A DNA stretch of 64,000 nucleotides, from positions 62,001 through 126,000 of the forward strand of contig NW_026939106.1 of NCBI RefSeq assembly GCF_032062105.1, written 5' to 3'. Below, piece after piece: positions 36,486-49,790 of this stretch. Numbering within the stretch: the stretch's first letter is position 1; each line of letters starts with the position of its first letter. Made by a program: the position numbers and the translations under genes. The stretch is from Saccostrea cucullata (taxonomy: Eukaryota). The notes beneath the pieces are model-generated. The model worked only from the letters and a program-made list of their open reading frames with translations. It ran no database searches and was not told the DNA's origin.

Positions 36486-36844
36486 TTACAGCGGACTCTG
36501 TGTTGACTGAGTGTCAGAGTTCACAAGGTCAAGTATACGTAGCCGACAGATCTTCTTCACCTCATTCGCCCCTGTTATGGCCTCCGACTGTTGTGAGTTT
36601 TGCAGTCTCTCTTCCAGTCCTTTGAGAATGGCATCTTTCTTGTTTTCCCTTGCACAGATGACGAACGGGAAACCAAATTTGTCTTTATACCTCTTGTTTA
36701 GAACGCTCATTCGCTGGCGTTCTTCTTCCGACATATTGTCCAGTCCCGCACTTTTCTGTTCTCGCGTGGATTCAGATGTCAGCTGACCCGATTGTGCCAA
36801 TCTTCCCGCGAGATCAGGGTGCAGGCGTAGAATTCCTTCCTTGC
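36486..36844 (-). CDS. URAD: URAD coding exon 2
   Basis: TTCCAG acceptor; KEGILRLHPDLAG..QSPL*. Confidence 0.95.
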
Positions 36845-39800
36845 CTGGAAAGATACGCGAAGAAAGATAACTCTTGCTAAAACTATGCAATAAAAATTAT
36901 TTAATATTGAAAACGACGCGCAATCCCCATTTCTGTCTGATGTTATTTGAAAAAAATATCAGTGCAACAGTGACATTGTGAAATTATCCATGTAAATGCA
37001 AAACGATTTTGTTGCATCTGTTTGTACTGAAATCTTTGTGACAGACACTTCATTTTAAAAGGGCCTGGATTCAGCTGCGTTGCTGTTTTATTTACAATTT
37101 CAAAATTTCAATTTTGTTTTTTTTAAAAATTCAATAACTGTTTGAGATGAACTTTCAAGACAATACTTAAAAACATAGGTAATCAAAGATTACGAAGCTC
37201 ACCTCAACGAATATTATCAGTTTAAGTAATGTAAACCTCACATCTTATTTTCTTTATAGTAAGTTTGCATCCTGATAGCAATATTCATGCAATTTCATTT
37301 TTATTAGGTCTTAAAATTCAATGGTATTGACCAGTCACCTGTTCCAAAATCTTTAACCTGTTAACTTTTCAAGAAATTGTCTTTCTTTTCCTACATCCTA
37401 CATCCGAGGAGAGTCTGGCATTGTCCATCCTTAGAAGCATCATCTATGCAAGTTATATTACAAAAGGCCATAAAATTACAGAGCTACTCAATAACATTAT
37501 CCTGGTCACTAATCTGAAAAATTTAGGTCAGATCCAGCATCCAAAGCAAGTCTAATGGTGTCCATCCCAAGATGCATCATCCATGCAAGTTTCGTCCTGT
37601 TAGGGCTTGTATAAATAGACCTAGGTTTACCGGTAAATATTTTTTCATTAATGAACAACTTTTTTTCATTTTTTAAACAAGTATATACTGACAAAAAGTC
37701 AGAGATACTCAAGCTGTAGAAAATCAACTTAGAAAAGTCATTAATATCCTAAAATGGTATAATGTGGGCTATTGAGTTCAATCTTCTATTGAATTATATA
37801 CATGTACATGAAACAAAATTCATATAATGAAGTTAATTAGAATAAATATAATTTATCGTACTATACGATGAATTTACGTTACTCACTTTCAGGAATATTT
37901 TATAGAGTATAGTAGACGTTTCTTGAATTAATAAAATATTTTTTATGTAGACATTTCATATACTTCAAACTATACGCTTTTTTAATTTTGCTTAATGACG
38001 TACATAAAAACATTTTATAAACATCAATCTAAATAGCTTGTTGCAAGTCGGAAGAAAAGTTTTTCAAAGTGGGGGGGGGGGGGGGGGCTCGGGGCTCCAA
38101 AAAGCCACGTAATTACCGGTATACGTGTACATCTAACTGTGCGGCATGTACAGTACATATTCCGTTCGAATCCAAAAGAAGTTATTTAGGTTCCGTTACC
38201 AAAGCTGAAGAAAGTACGATTTTTTAAAATAAAAAAAAAACGTATGAGGGAGAAATTAACATTAATTTTGCGCTATTATTTTACTGTCACTCAAAGTGCA
38301 CATCATTTTCAGGCCCGTTATAGGCAATTTCAGTTTGGGGGTACAGCCATACATTTTTTTGCTACGCATTGTAAAACTTTGACAGATAATAATGTATCTT
38401 AGTGTAGTCTACTTGTGAAGTTATGCCAAGTTATACTGAAATCAGACCAACACTGCGAGAATAAGCGTTTCGAAAATTTGTTAAGAGAAGGACAATTAGA
38501 AATGGGGTAACCTGCGTCACCTTTCAGAGTAACCAGTGGACTCGTCCAAGGATGCTTTGTCGGCGACTGTAAAAAGTACCTGAGATTCCTACGCAAATGA
38601 AAGCGCGAAATCTCTGTATAGAAACTGTTGCAGCTGCGACGCTTCACTCATTGTTCATACGCTGTAGAATAGAATCCGACTTTTAACACTTAATATTTTA
38701 GAATATATAGACGTTTTCAACATAAGCTTCATTTTTGTTTCTAGAAATATGTTTATCTACAAATATAATATAATTTCGTGTTTTTAAACTGAGTAATTCG
38801 ATGACCTAGCATCGTTTTAGATAACTCAAGCCCCTCTAGGGCTTGAGTAAAAATATTAAGGATACATTTTACCACAGTTACTTGTGGACAGGACCCCCCC
38901 CCCCCCAGATATTCAACCCAGGGGCTAAATTTTACATTTTTTTCACAATTTATATTTAGTACACTTATTCAACATGTTTGCAATAGGAACAAATCGTCAA
39001 AACCCCAAAATAATCGCTCCTCAAAAAAATACCCCACTATACATTATAAGAGAGAGGGGTAACAACTTAGGTTTGTTTACGTTTAGGTAAACGCAACGGA
39101 AGTGCCTATTACCTATTATGATAACACCCGAGAGTGATTATTACGTCAGGCAAAAACTCTCTCGGACGTTATCGTACTAGAAAACACCAAACACCCAACG
39201 AACGAACGTATCTCGACGATATTAACCGTATTACTACTTTATAAATACCATTACTCGCTTTATATTTATTTTGTAATAATTTCAAAGGCGGATCCAGCGC
39301 CGGGCGTGCGCCCCCTCCTCCATTTGATTTTTTAATTCTGTTTGTATTACCTTAAAATCAACAGGAAAACATCTCTTTTTGTTATAGAATTCCTCAGTTT
39401 CCGGGGGCTTTGCCCCTGGATCCCCACCAGGGCTTTGTCTGGACCCACTGGGAGCCCTAATGCAGCCCCCAGACTTCCCAGTCTTCTACTGCGCCCCCCC
39501 CTCCCCACGTTTTGAAATTCCTGGAACCGCCGCTGAATAAATATTTAGACAGTTTAACTGCTAGTACATATTTCTACAATTCCTAGTTAGATATGAACGA
39601 CCAATATCGGGTTATTATATTTATGTCGAGTTAATGACACCCTAGATGGGATCTTGCGTCTATTGTTAAATTGTGCATAGCTCTTGCAAAGCGTCGTATT
39701 GTTAATTGTTACAACCTATAAGAATGGCACGCCAAATTCACAAAAATGAGCTAAACATAGTCTCACAGTTGATAAACTACATTTATCAACTGTAAACTAA

Positions 39801-41560
39801 AGATAATAAACCTTAAACTATAGTTAACAATTCGTTAATATAGTTTTCATCTGTAAAACTATGTTTAACGGTTGTTAACTCTAGTTTACGAATGCTAATA
39901 TAAGTTTATCTGTCTATAATAAAACGTTAACAATAGATTTTGTTGGTAAATATAGATTCAAGTCTGTAAACTTTAATTTACAATCGTGAACTATAGTTAA
40001 GAGTTGTTAATCATAGTTTCACAAATCGTGAAACTATATTTATCAGATCGATAACTATAGTTAAGGTTCATAAACCCTCTGCTTATAATACTCATATAAA
40101 ATATTTCTTTAACTTTTATGATTTTCCAAAAAAAAGTATATGCTAAATAAAATACAAACAATTTTATCATGGCTTACGGGGCAAAATTTGACAAAAAAGG
40201 CACTTCAACTTGACAAATTTATAAAGGAATAATAGAATTTATGTCATCAAGAGTTATCTCTCTTATCAGAGTATCAATGTACCTAGAGAGTTGTAAACAT
40301 AGTTTACAAATCGTGAAACTGTATCTATCAGATAATCTATGCTTTGCAACCGCAAATGATTGTTTTCAGTGTTACGGTTCTGAAACATAGATTATCGCGT
40401 TATCTATGGTTTACAGATATAAAATATAGATTAACGTTCAACTTGTTCACAATAGTTTACAGTCCGTAAACTATACTTTACAACCGATAAACATAGTTTT
40501 TCGGCTGTGGAACTATGTTTAGCTCATTTTTGTGAATTTGGCGTGCCATAGATAAGACGTTATCGTAATATACAAAGGCCATCCTTTAACATGGCGAATC
40601 CAGCAATTTTTGAAAAGGGGGGGGGGGGGTCCAGGTCGGTGTACCAAGCACTCATGCATAGAATCACACCATGGCCACTTCAAGTCCGTAGCTTCATTTA
40701 TAAGAAGAGGGAGCTCCAAAAACATTTGACAAGCAAAACAAACAAACAAAACAAAAAAAACCTATGCACCTTACTTTAAAATTGGGAGGGGGTAGAGGGG
40801 GGATTCGTACCACTTTTCTGTTCGGTACATTACTTTCAATTTTAAATCTGCGTATTTTCCGGAAACAAAAGATGTGGAGGGAGCTTCAAAAACAAAATAT
40901 TATTTAAAACTGCAGCAAAAGATTATTCTCAGAAAAAGACTTCGTGAGCCCCCTCCTTCTGCATTCTACAGGAACATTTTAACATTTTTCTATATTGATT
41001 GATTAAAAATTGAAGATGGTCCAAACATGGTATAGCTAAAGTTCGCTGGAATCTTCCTAGCATGTTACTTGTGGATGTTCGGGGCCCTTAGACGGGGTTG
41101 TGAAGGTACACGGAGCAAAGCAAATACGCCAAAATCTACAAAATGTTAAATAAGCCCCGGGGTTGAATATCGTGGGGGGGGGGGGGTCCTGTCCACAAGT
41201 ACCTGTGCATTTTACCATGTGCTTCAATCAAAGGCGTCCCGAGATCTGTACAGATCGGGAAAAAGATGATTCTCATCAATTTTTATTAATTTATAGGCCT
41301 AAAATACTTTAGGAACATGGACATGCAATTCATGGTATTATACCAAAAATTTTAGTACATAAGTACATACCACTCGTCGGAAGTCGATCTATGAAATCGC
41401 CAAAGGAACTTGCGATGTGTTGCGCATCGTGAAATGGGCGTTCCCTCCAAACTGCTGCGGCGCACAAGCTGCAGTGCTCCACGACATTACCAAAGCACTG
41501 AATGAATTCCTCATAAGTCATCTTGTTGACTTTCTTTAGGGGAATTTTGGTAGTTGACAT
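36486..41560 (-). CDS. URAD: OHCU decarboxylase (urate degradation), 182 aa, exons 41560-41371 and 36844-36486
   Basis: N-terminal VNKMTYEEFIQCFGNVVEH..RPF; catalytic HPDLAG, SESTREQxSAGL, YKDKFGFPFVICAR, EVKKICRLR. Phase-1 GT-AG intron 41370-36845. Confidence 0.95.
39283..39535. mobile_element. Nested GC-rich hAT-like MITE
   Basis: CAAAGGCGGATCCAG / CTGGAACCGCCGCTG termini; degraded 8-bp TSD AATAATTT/AATAAATA. Confidence 0.65.
39723..40550. mobile_element. Nested IS3EU-like non-autonomous element
   Basis: ~40-bp near-perfect TIR ATGGCACGCCAAATTCACAAAAATGAGCTAAACATAGT; TAYGG-type terminus; 6-bp TSD TATAAG/GATAAG; interior of ~22-bp AACTATAGTT subrepeats. Confidence 0.85.
41371..41560 (-). 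CDS. URAD: URAD coding exon 1
   Basis: ATG at 41560; donor G|GTATGT. A possible acceptor TTTTCCAATAG just upstream (41575) suggests a further 5' UTR exon. Confidence 0.92.
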
Positions 41561-41650
41561 TCTTAAAAATAGGCCTATTGGAAAATAATCATAGTTAGAA
41601 TAATATCTTATCTGCAAGGACTGCAAAGCTTTTAGTAGAATGTTAAATTA

Positions 41651-42541
41651 CAGTCAATTCTCGAATTATCGCCATTCGATTCATCGCCATTTTCGCAATA
41701 CCGCCATGATTTCCCAGGAACGTTTTTCCTGCTATATAAAATTCTCTTTATAACGCCAAATTCGCATACCGCCATCCGCCACCCTGTTTTCACAACAAAC
41801 GTCCATTTTTAAGTGTCAATTATCTCGATATACCGCCACAGGTGCATGTGGTCAGTGAAGCGCGGCTAATTAGTTGACGCTATTCCTGTTGTAAAGCATG
41901 CAAACGCAGACAAGGTACATGCAATCAAGTTATTAAACAAGAATTAAATAAACAATAATTTTAACATGAACTGTATTAATAATTTTGTTTTCTGTTTAAT
42001 ATAATCATTTAGTCACAGCTTCGCCACGAAAGCGGTCGTTGTTAAAGTACGCCGATAACGATATTATTTTGATGATCTTTGCTTTAAACAGTGCAAAGTT
42101 TGCTGGAAAAAATATTTATACGGTATAAATTGTGAACGTTTCATTAACAGTGATACCATAAACAATGAATATATTCAAGAATTCATTTTACTTACTATCG
42201 GCAATATATCAGGACGATCGACCCAGTATGTTTTTTTTTTTTCAATATCGAACGTGCACATTTACATTCATATACAAATATTTGTCTTTATTTCATAACT
42301 GCACATTTTGTTTTAGCGAAATTGTACATTAAAAAAATTACTTGAAGTATTTTCAATCAGAAATATGTTTTTATATACATGTACATGTAATGATAAGAAT
42401 AGAAACGCTAAATGGTATTTCTAAGAACGATAACTCTACGTCTTGTTTTCTAAAAGATGGGAAATTCAATTCATCGCCAAATTCGTTATACCGCCATGAT
42501 TTCTAAATTACAAAAGGTGGCGGTTTATCGAGAATTAACTG
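41651..42541. mobile_element. Tc1/mariner (pogo-like) MITE just upstream of the URAD ATG exon
   Basis: TA|CAGTCAATTCTCGA ... TCGAGAATTAACTG|TA; repeated subterminal (T/A)CCGCCA motifs. Confidence 0.85.
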
Positions 42542-43585
42542 TACTTGTATCTATTCCTTTTGTAAAATCATTTCTTAATAAAATTCAATACTGCATATAT
42601 TTATATTTTTAAAAAATATATATATATCTGTGCTTTTTGAATTCCTAAAAGCATACAATTAAACTCGAGGTCGAAAGGAAGGCCGTGAGGGGTTGGGAGT
42701 TTTTTACATTTTGGGGGGAGTGAGATAAGGGGGGGGGGGGGTTCACTAATTACAAGAATATTTCAGTAGTCTGAACCCTTGAAATTTTATAAAAAGTCTA
42801 TATACATGTATCCCAGAAATATTATTCATTGTAAAAAAAAAAATACCTGACGTTTAATTTGCTGGTTTGCTGTTATGTTATAATATATGTAAAATGTATG
42901 TTATACCCGTATCAAAAAAGTAATCCTTGGGTCTGAGACCAATTATTTAATATGACATATTACGTAAGACCTGTAACAATGTAATCTTAGAAACTTTTAT
43001 CTACATTGTAACTTACTCAAGGCCTCAAGTAAGGCATAGCCAGCTGATAAGAGTACAACTGAACTGCAATTAATTATCAAGTTCATGTACGTGTACAAAC
43101 ACAGTTAAAATACAAACTATGAGCAGAAATACAAAAACAAGCATGTGTACAAGAGTAAATTAATAGATACTGAAGGTTATATTTCATTGTTTGAAAAATT
43201 GACTTAACCATTTAAGGCATTTTGCTGAATGTAAACAAACGAAAGTTTAATCGAGTTACCTTTCCTGTGTCGAAAGAAATACTGAATTTCCAAAGTAAAG
43301 TAACCAGAAAAGATGAAATTGACAAGAAAGGATATATTTTTTTATGGAAGAAGAGAAATAAGCAGATGAATGATAGTTTTGGTACCTTAACAGCTGCTTA
43401 ATGTGCACTCCGGATTTATTTTATTTGTTTTCGCCTTGCTTACATTAACAGGAAATTAAGTTTACACGCTAAATCTAGAACAATTCTGGAGGGAATGTTT
43501 TTTCCCGAAAAAATATTAATGAAAAGGTCATATGAAACAATGTTCTTTAATGCTAGAACCAGTCTCTAGAAATGCCATACTCCCA

Positions 43586-43715
43586 CAGGCACCTGACGTT
43601 ACTTAATTTTCTTTTAGTAAAAAAAAATATACACATACTTAATAATAAACTATTATTATTAGGTATGTGTATACTTTTTTTTATTAAAAGAAAAATAAGT
43701 AACGTCAGGTGCCTG
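43586..43715. repeat. 130-bp near-perfect palindrome
   Basis: CAGGCACCTGACGTTACTT..CATACTTAATAATAA mirrored by TTATTATTAGGTATG..AAGTAACGTCAGGTGCCTG; tiny loop, no TSD. Confidence 0.9.
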
Positions 43716-44149
43716 AATGTCACCCGACCCCATCCTCTCTTTTTTTTAGTCTTCCAGTCCATATTCTATTTCTTCGCCGTCATGTTTTTCCTGTCAGACG
43801 TTTAACATTAACTTTTATATTTTTTAGCCTTTACTCTCGAAACGTATCACCATTACAAAATTTGAAAATAACATAGGGTCAAAATTATTGTAATTGAAGA
43901 ATGATTCAAAAAAAAAAAAAAAAAAAAAGAGAATAAATTATTGTTCTTCGAAAACAAATTCAGTACAAACAAAAAATGATTTCTTCTAAAATCATTATTT
44001 CATAATAAAATTGTATCTTTCCATTTTAATTACATGTCAAAAAAGGTATCTTATTATGGAACAGAAACAGTCTTTACTTAGGAATTGAATAATTTAATAT
44101 TCTTAAACATATAGATCTATATACATTGCTGACTTTTCTTTTGCTTTTT

Positions 44150-44706
44150 CATTACTTCGATGTGTCTGTTTGCCGCTGTCTTGTTTTTTGCTACTTTGTT
44201 GTGACTGTCCTTTTTTGTGCTTTTGTGACTGTCTTTTTTGCGCGTTTGTGTCTGTCCTTTTTTGTGTTTTTTTTCTACTGTGGCTCCTGTTGAGCTTCTG
44301 TTGAATTTATGCTACACGTACATGTACCTTGTTATGGTTTTTTAAAGTTAGTTGTGGATGTCTGTTGTGTTAATTGTGTTGATGAGGCTTTGGCTGTCTG
44401 TTCTTTTGGTTGTCTGATGTTGTGTTATTACTTTCTTTGTCGTGACAGTCTGTTGTTTTTTCGTGTAACTTTGTTGTTGCTCTATAGTGTCCAGTTTTCA
44501 TTTTCATATTACTATGATGTAACTGTCTTTTTTTAAACTTTAAGTTTGTTGTGACCGTCTGTTGTTCTTGTTGTGACCCTCTGTTTTTTTTTGTTGTTTC
44601 TTTGCTGTGACTATCTACTGTCTCCATTTTCGTTGTGGTTTTGTGACGTGTCCTCCGTTTGGGGATGGCAAATCCCAGACAGGGATCTGTTTGTGACTGT
44701 AGCACC
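44150..44706. repeat. Degenerate T/G-rich minisatellite (TGTGACTGTC core)
   Basis: Many variants of TTGTGACTGTC separated by T-runs; strong strand skew; ends at CACC|TTAA. Confidence 0.65.
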
Positions 44707-45544
44707 TTAAGCTGACATTCGATTACAATATTCTGTATCAGTGCTCAACATTCGACATATCGTTAGCCGATTTCCGGTATCACTGACACGAGCCTCATAG
44801 GAAATCTGTCAGAAAATAAAATTGAGATTGAATTTGAGAATGTCGATTTTTAATGACTCACCCGATACGTGATTTATCTTTAAAAAGGGAAAATCGCCTT
44901 TCTGATGAGTTTTTATGACTAAAGAGTGATTTTTCTTCTTCACTTTCTTTTTATTTCCATGGAATACGTATATTTTTGGACGTCATATCTTTATGTGTTT
45001 TTGAATAAATTTCCCTAATGAATTGAAATAAAAAAAGTGCACCATTCTATCCTTTTCAAAATCTTGTTTCTATCATTTTAAAAATCGCGTCCATTCAGTT
45101 TTATATCCTTTACACAGCGAAGATGGTCGTTATAAAAACCTTCTGTACAGGAGCTTCAAATTGTTCTTCAGGAATTATTTGAAAGAGTCACAGCAATTAG
45201 ATAAATCTATTTTTCGGAGACAACGGAAGTCGTCTGAGCTACCATCTTATAAAAGACCCGACCAATCAGATCCAGTAGTTGTTACACGCTGATAAGCTTC
45301 CGGTTTCAGGTCCATGGAAGCATAATCAATGGATAACAGCCTATTTAAAGAAATAAATGTTATTCTTTGGTAATTTAGCATTCTAATTCCTTCCTGGTTT
45401 ATTTCTTTTTGTTTTATTTGCGCAATAGGTCTGAAAAGTACCCGTCATGCATTTGAACGTAGTATGTAAATACTTCAGATGTTTTTTAAAGAAAATTATT
45501 ATCTTCCGTACGCAATGCAGTGTAAAAATCACTATTAATTTGTA

Positions 45545-45725
45545 TAAAAACGTCAGTCAGCATTCGACTTAATGATATATTGATTTTGCTGACAAGGTCA
45601 ATGTATCGACTGTAGAACTTGCGAAATGATGACTTTAATCAAGTCTGTTCACATTCTTGTTTCATCAACGTTGTTGTCAATAGCTTGCCGCGTTTTAGAA
45701 ATTGTTCATACATAGAGCATATGCA
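45545..45725 (-). mobile_element. Penelope-like element fragment
   Basis: Aligns by eye with 53175-53395 (AAAACGTCAGTCAGCATT, GCTGACAAGGTCA, TTCTTGTTTCATCAAC). Confidence 0.65.
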
Positions 45726-47670
45726 TTTGCATGGAAAACATTGACCAAGTATACATAATGCTGCCTCGTAGGAACTTGATCAATTGTTTGTAGGTATGAT
45801 TGCAAATTTTTTTTTTAGTATCTGCATTTTAAGTTGATAAAAAACGTACAGTTTAAGAATACAAGCACTCGGAAATCAATATTTTGTCTTGTATTATATT
45901 TTTGTTGTTTGAGGAAAAATGATGAACAAGAACTTAAATATGTTTTTTATTTTATTTTATTAATTTAAAAAAAAAAGACAAACAATGAAAACAATTCAAA
46001 TATAATAAGGACAGTCGCATCAATGAAGATCACGTGATAATAAGATAATTCTGTTATAAGAAGTTTGGACTCCAAATAACAAAGATAACCGCCAGCATTT
46101 CTTTGATTATTAAAGCTAGTTCATTTCAACATCTTATTCCAGTTCTTGCGTAATTCATTACCACAAATTACAATCCAATTTAGAAAAAAATAATGAAAGT
46201 TTAATGTGCCATTAGGGCCTCTGGTATTTTTAATTGGTAATATGACTAATATTTGGAGGATTTGTCTATTCCTCATTTGGCAATTTTTGAATTTTATCTC
46301 TTTTTAAAATTCATTACAAATTAGATAATAACGTAAATAAAATTGTGAAACAGTTAAAATATTATTCACGAGAAATTAACAACTATTTCATCTGAATTGA
46401 AAAATGCTTCAGATGTGAAAAAGAAAAATGTGGTCTGCTGAATATATGAATACAATAATTTTTTTTTCTGTAAAACAAAATTATGGAAACCATTAGTGTG
46501 GGTGTGGTTAACAATTTTAAAATCGATTGACAATGTTTAAAAAAAAATTATTTTTACTACAAAGTTCTCCTTTATATATATATATTATCAGTGTGGGTGT
46601 GGTTAACTGCGGTGTAAATTGACAAAATTTAAAAAAAAAAATGCAGAGCTGTCCAAAAAAAATTAAAAAAAATTGTTACCAGTAAAAAAAAATGCGGGGG
46701 ACGTCGTGATCAGGGAATGAGCAATTATTCGTGAAACGTCCCACGAAAAATTCACCTGGGATGAGACCTACCTTAATAATTATTTCTTGTTTCCATGTTG
46801 TTTTTCCCTTTTTCTATATCATCTTTATAGAAATGTCATTCGTGTATTAAAAATTAATGGTGGAAAATTAACAATACAAAAAGATAACATTTTTATAGAA
46901 TGCCACAGCGATTCTTTCAGATTAAGGGTAAGTCGGTGCAACAAACATACACTGCTTAAAAATTAGCATCAAAAGGAATTATATAAAAATGCGGATACAT
47001 GTATATTTTCACAAAAAATACATCATAAAAATGTTTTATTCATCTTTCCTTAGAAAATAACATTTTAAAAAAACCTACAAAGCATATAAAATGAAATTAC
47101 ATTAATCTGTAGAAGAAGATTAATTTCAATCGTTAGACCCAATGGTATTACTTTTCATGTGTTTAGCTTCCTCTGAAGGATAACTATAGTACATTCTTCT
47201 CCCAATATAAAAATTTCAAGTACTCCAGCTGGAGATTTCAGATATTGATGATTTCATACATCAAGATATTTAACGTCATTTACCGTGAAATAGTTTTGTG
47301 CTTTGGGAAAAAGTTATCACCAATTAATTCAATAACTTCTCTGAAAATTTGACAAGATTGAAGTCGGAAACTAGTCTTGGTATGTGAAATGTCACTATGG
47401 TATTATGTGAGAAATTTTGACTATTATATAACTGTCAAACTATTCCCATACCTCACATTCTCTCTTGATGGAAATATTCCCAAGAAGTCTCGAATTATCA
47501 CAATCTATGATTTGATGTATAAAATATGAAATTAACGAAAGTAATAGAGCTCAAAAGTCAATTGAGAACTTAATTATAAGATGGCCTCTTAAAACATCAG
47601 AGGTACATGTAGGAACAGATCTTGGCCAAAGACGTCCTCATCATGGTCATTTATTAATACAACTTTTTAA

Positions 47671-49790
47671 AGTCACATGGTTTTTCACACAAATTAAGTT
47701 TACATTGTTATTATGAGAAATTGTGTAACGAGGAAACAAATCATATTTTAAAAGTGATATCTATCTTACTTTAATAATTCACAAATAATTATTGGTAGCA
47801 TTTTGATATACTCTTTGCTGATGGATTGTGATAGTTCCCAAATGGTTTTTCATGATTTCTAGAAAAATACATGTATAGCCGTCTTTGTATCTATTCTTTT
47901 TTAAGCAGTTCTTTGCCTTGCAGTGACTCAAAAACAGTGCAAATCATGTACTTTTTGTATTTCTGTATAATAACATGACTCTATAAAGCGCAAGATGAAA
48001 TTAGTATTACTCATTTGTTTGGCTGCTTTTCATGCTAAAAAGCTGGCATTTTTGTGGGGTTACTTTCTGAATCTAGCATCATTAAAGATACATCCGACTG
48101 CAAAACTCTAAAGTTTCAGACCGTAAATGTAAAAGTATTTTCTTTTAATTTTGATGGTAACATTTTACTATTTCAAAAGATGAACAATACCTTTTTATCC
48201 TGTCTTTTGGCATGATTTCTTTAGGCAGCATCGTCATATTTCGGCGCTGAATTTCGACAAAACCACGAAGTGTATAGAAAATATGCAAAGTATTTCGAAA
48301 AATACTCAGCTTTAAGATGTCAACTTGAAAATTTCAACTAAATAGTATTAAAGAAAACTGGATTAATTTAATTTGTAAATGCCTATGGTGAAGTCATACA
48401 GATGTAACATAATATCATTTATTAATGAAGTCCCATTTAAAACATCGACTTTAAAACTTTAAGATAATAGGTATCAAGAATATGTACCTGTAACGTGAGA
48501 TATTAAATACATATTAAGGCTATATCTCGTATTAAGGGGGGACCTATGTCGTTCGACGTCAAAGCAGCGTTATGTGACGTCACAATAGCGACGTTTGTTT
48601 CTTTCCCGCTGACTTTTGCAACTGTGATTATAGGCATAACATTGTTATTAATCAAAAACGTACACATTTTACAAAAAGACATTTTTTTCATCATTTAAAA
48701 CAGTTTCATTTGATCATGATTTATAGAGTTTGTTAATATCAGAATTCTCTTCCTTTGGTTGATAATTCATAGCAATTTCAGTTGTGAAGAAATACCTCTA
48801 TGATATGCTGATATAAAAATGCAAAAAATAGAAGATAAAATTCAGCAAAGACAGCGGCTTAAATTAGGGAAATATGTTTAATTTATGATTACCATTAATT
48901 GTACTTTCTGGATAAAACTAAAAAAATAAAGAAATGTACTTGTACCTATATTTACTTATTGATTTATAGTGTATGTAGATTTTATTGTATAAAGTCATTC
49001 CTATTAGGTGTTGGTTGTTGACGGGGAGGGGGGGGGGGCACAAATTAGTGAAGAAAAAAAGAGTATATCTGTTTGAATTATTTCTTATCAAAACAAAATA
49101 CTCGTTTTTTGCAAAATAATTTTATATTCAGATGTTTGTCAGTGCTAACTTGCCTTTTTTTTTTAGTGCAGAAAGGTCAATATTTATGACAAAAGAAAAC
49201 ATAAAAGAAAACGTTATATTTCTCGTTTATTTTATCATAAAGGTATACTTTTTTCCTTGTTAAAATAAAGAGAGGGGTTATTTCTTTCAAAAAATATGAA
49301 TTACCACATTTTCACACAAAGACTTTTTAAAATATTACCTGTTATGCATGTCGGAATTGTAAAAAATACGACAAGAAAAACGGGGTGATACTTACATTGT
49401 GCCCCTGTATAATTTTTCATGCGAGATGAATTACAATGAATTTGCCTTCATTTTAAAGATACAAGTCATATAAATTAAATACATGTTGAAATGTGATTTG
49501 ACATTTTTGGTTCTTTTAGTGCATATTTCAAGTAGAACAATAACGTCTGAAAATAATCTATTTTTAGCATTTCACACTGTTTTTGCACGTGCTCCTGTGT
49601 AAAAATAAGCATATAAAGGTATTGTTTTTAATACCTAAAAATTAAGATCAAGTGGTCAGGAAAGAAATGTCAAAGTTTTGAAAATTTCACACAAAGACTT
49701 TTCGGACATAGGTCCCCCCTTAAAGGTCGATAACGTTCATTTTATTGCAAAAAGAATGTGACCTTAATTTGTGCGAAAAACCATGTGAGT
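47671..49790. mobile_element. Older Kolobok-like element hosting a second one
   Basis: TTAA|AGTCACATGGTTTTTCACACAAATTAAG ... CTTAATTTGTGCGAAAAACCATGTGAGT|TTAG. Confidence 0.7.
48536..49719. mobile_element. Kolobok-like non-autonomous element
   Basis: Perfect 15-bp TIR GGGGGGACCTATGTC, TTAA on both flanks, purine-purine termini (piggyBac would start CC). Confidence 0.85.

Larger units (their letters stand above)
38873..41207. mobile_element. 2.3-kb non-autonomous DNA transposon (P-like or hAT) in the URAD intron, hosting nested elements
   Basis: ~60-bp TIRs CACAG(T/G)TACTTGTGGACAGGACCCCC; exact 8-bp TSD CATTTTAC at 38865-38872 and 41208-41215; CANRG terminus. Confidence 0.9.

Noticed and set aside
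36437-36786. Plus-strand ORFs of 62 and 91 aa
   Set aside because: Antisense shadows of URAD exon 2.
43011-43260. URAD 5' non-coding exon (donor-like GA|GTAAGT at 43017 on minus)
   Set aside because: Several donor-like sites are present and none can be chosen from sequence alone.
44370-44705. 111-aa K/T/Q-rich ORF
   Set aside because: Product of the low-complexity minisatellite.
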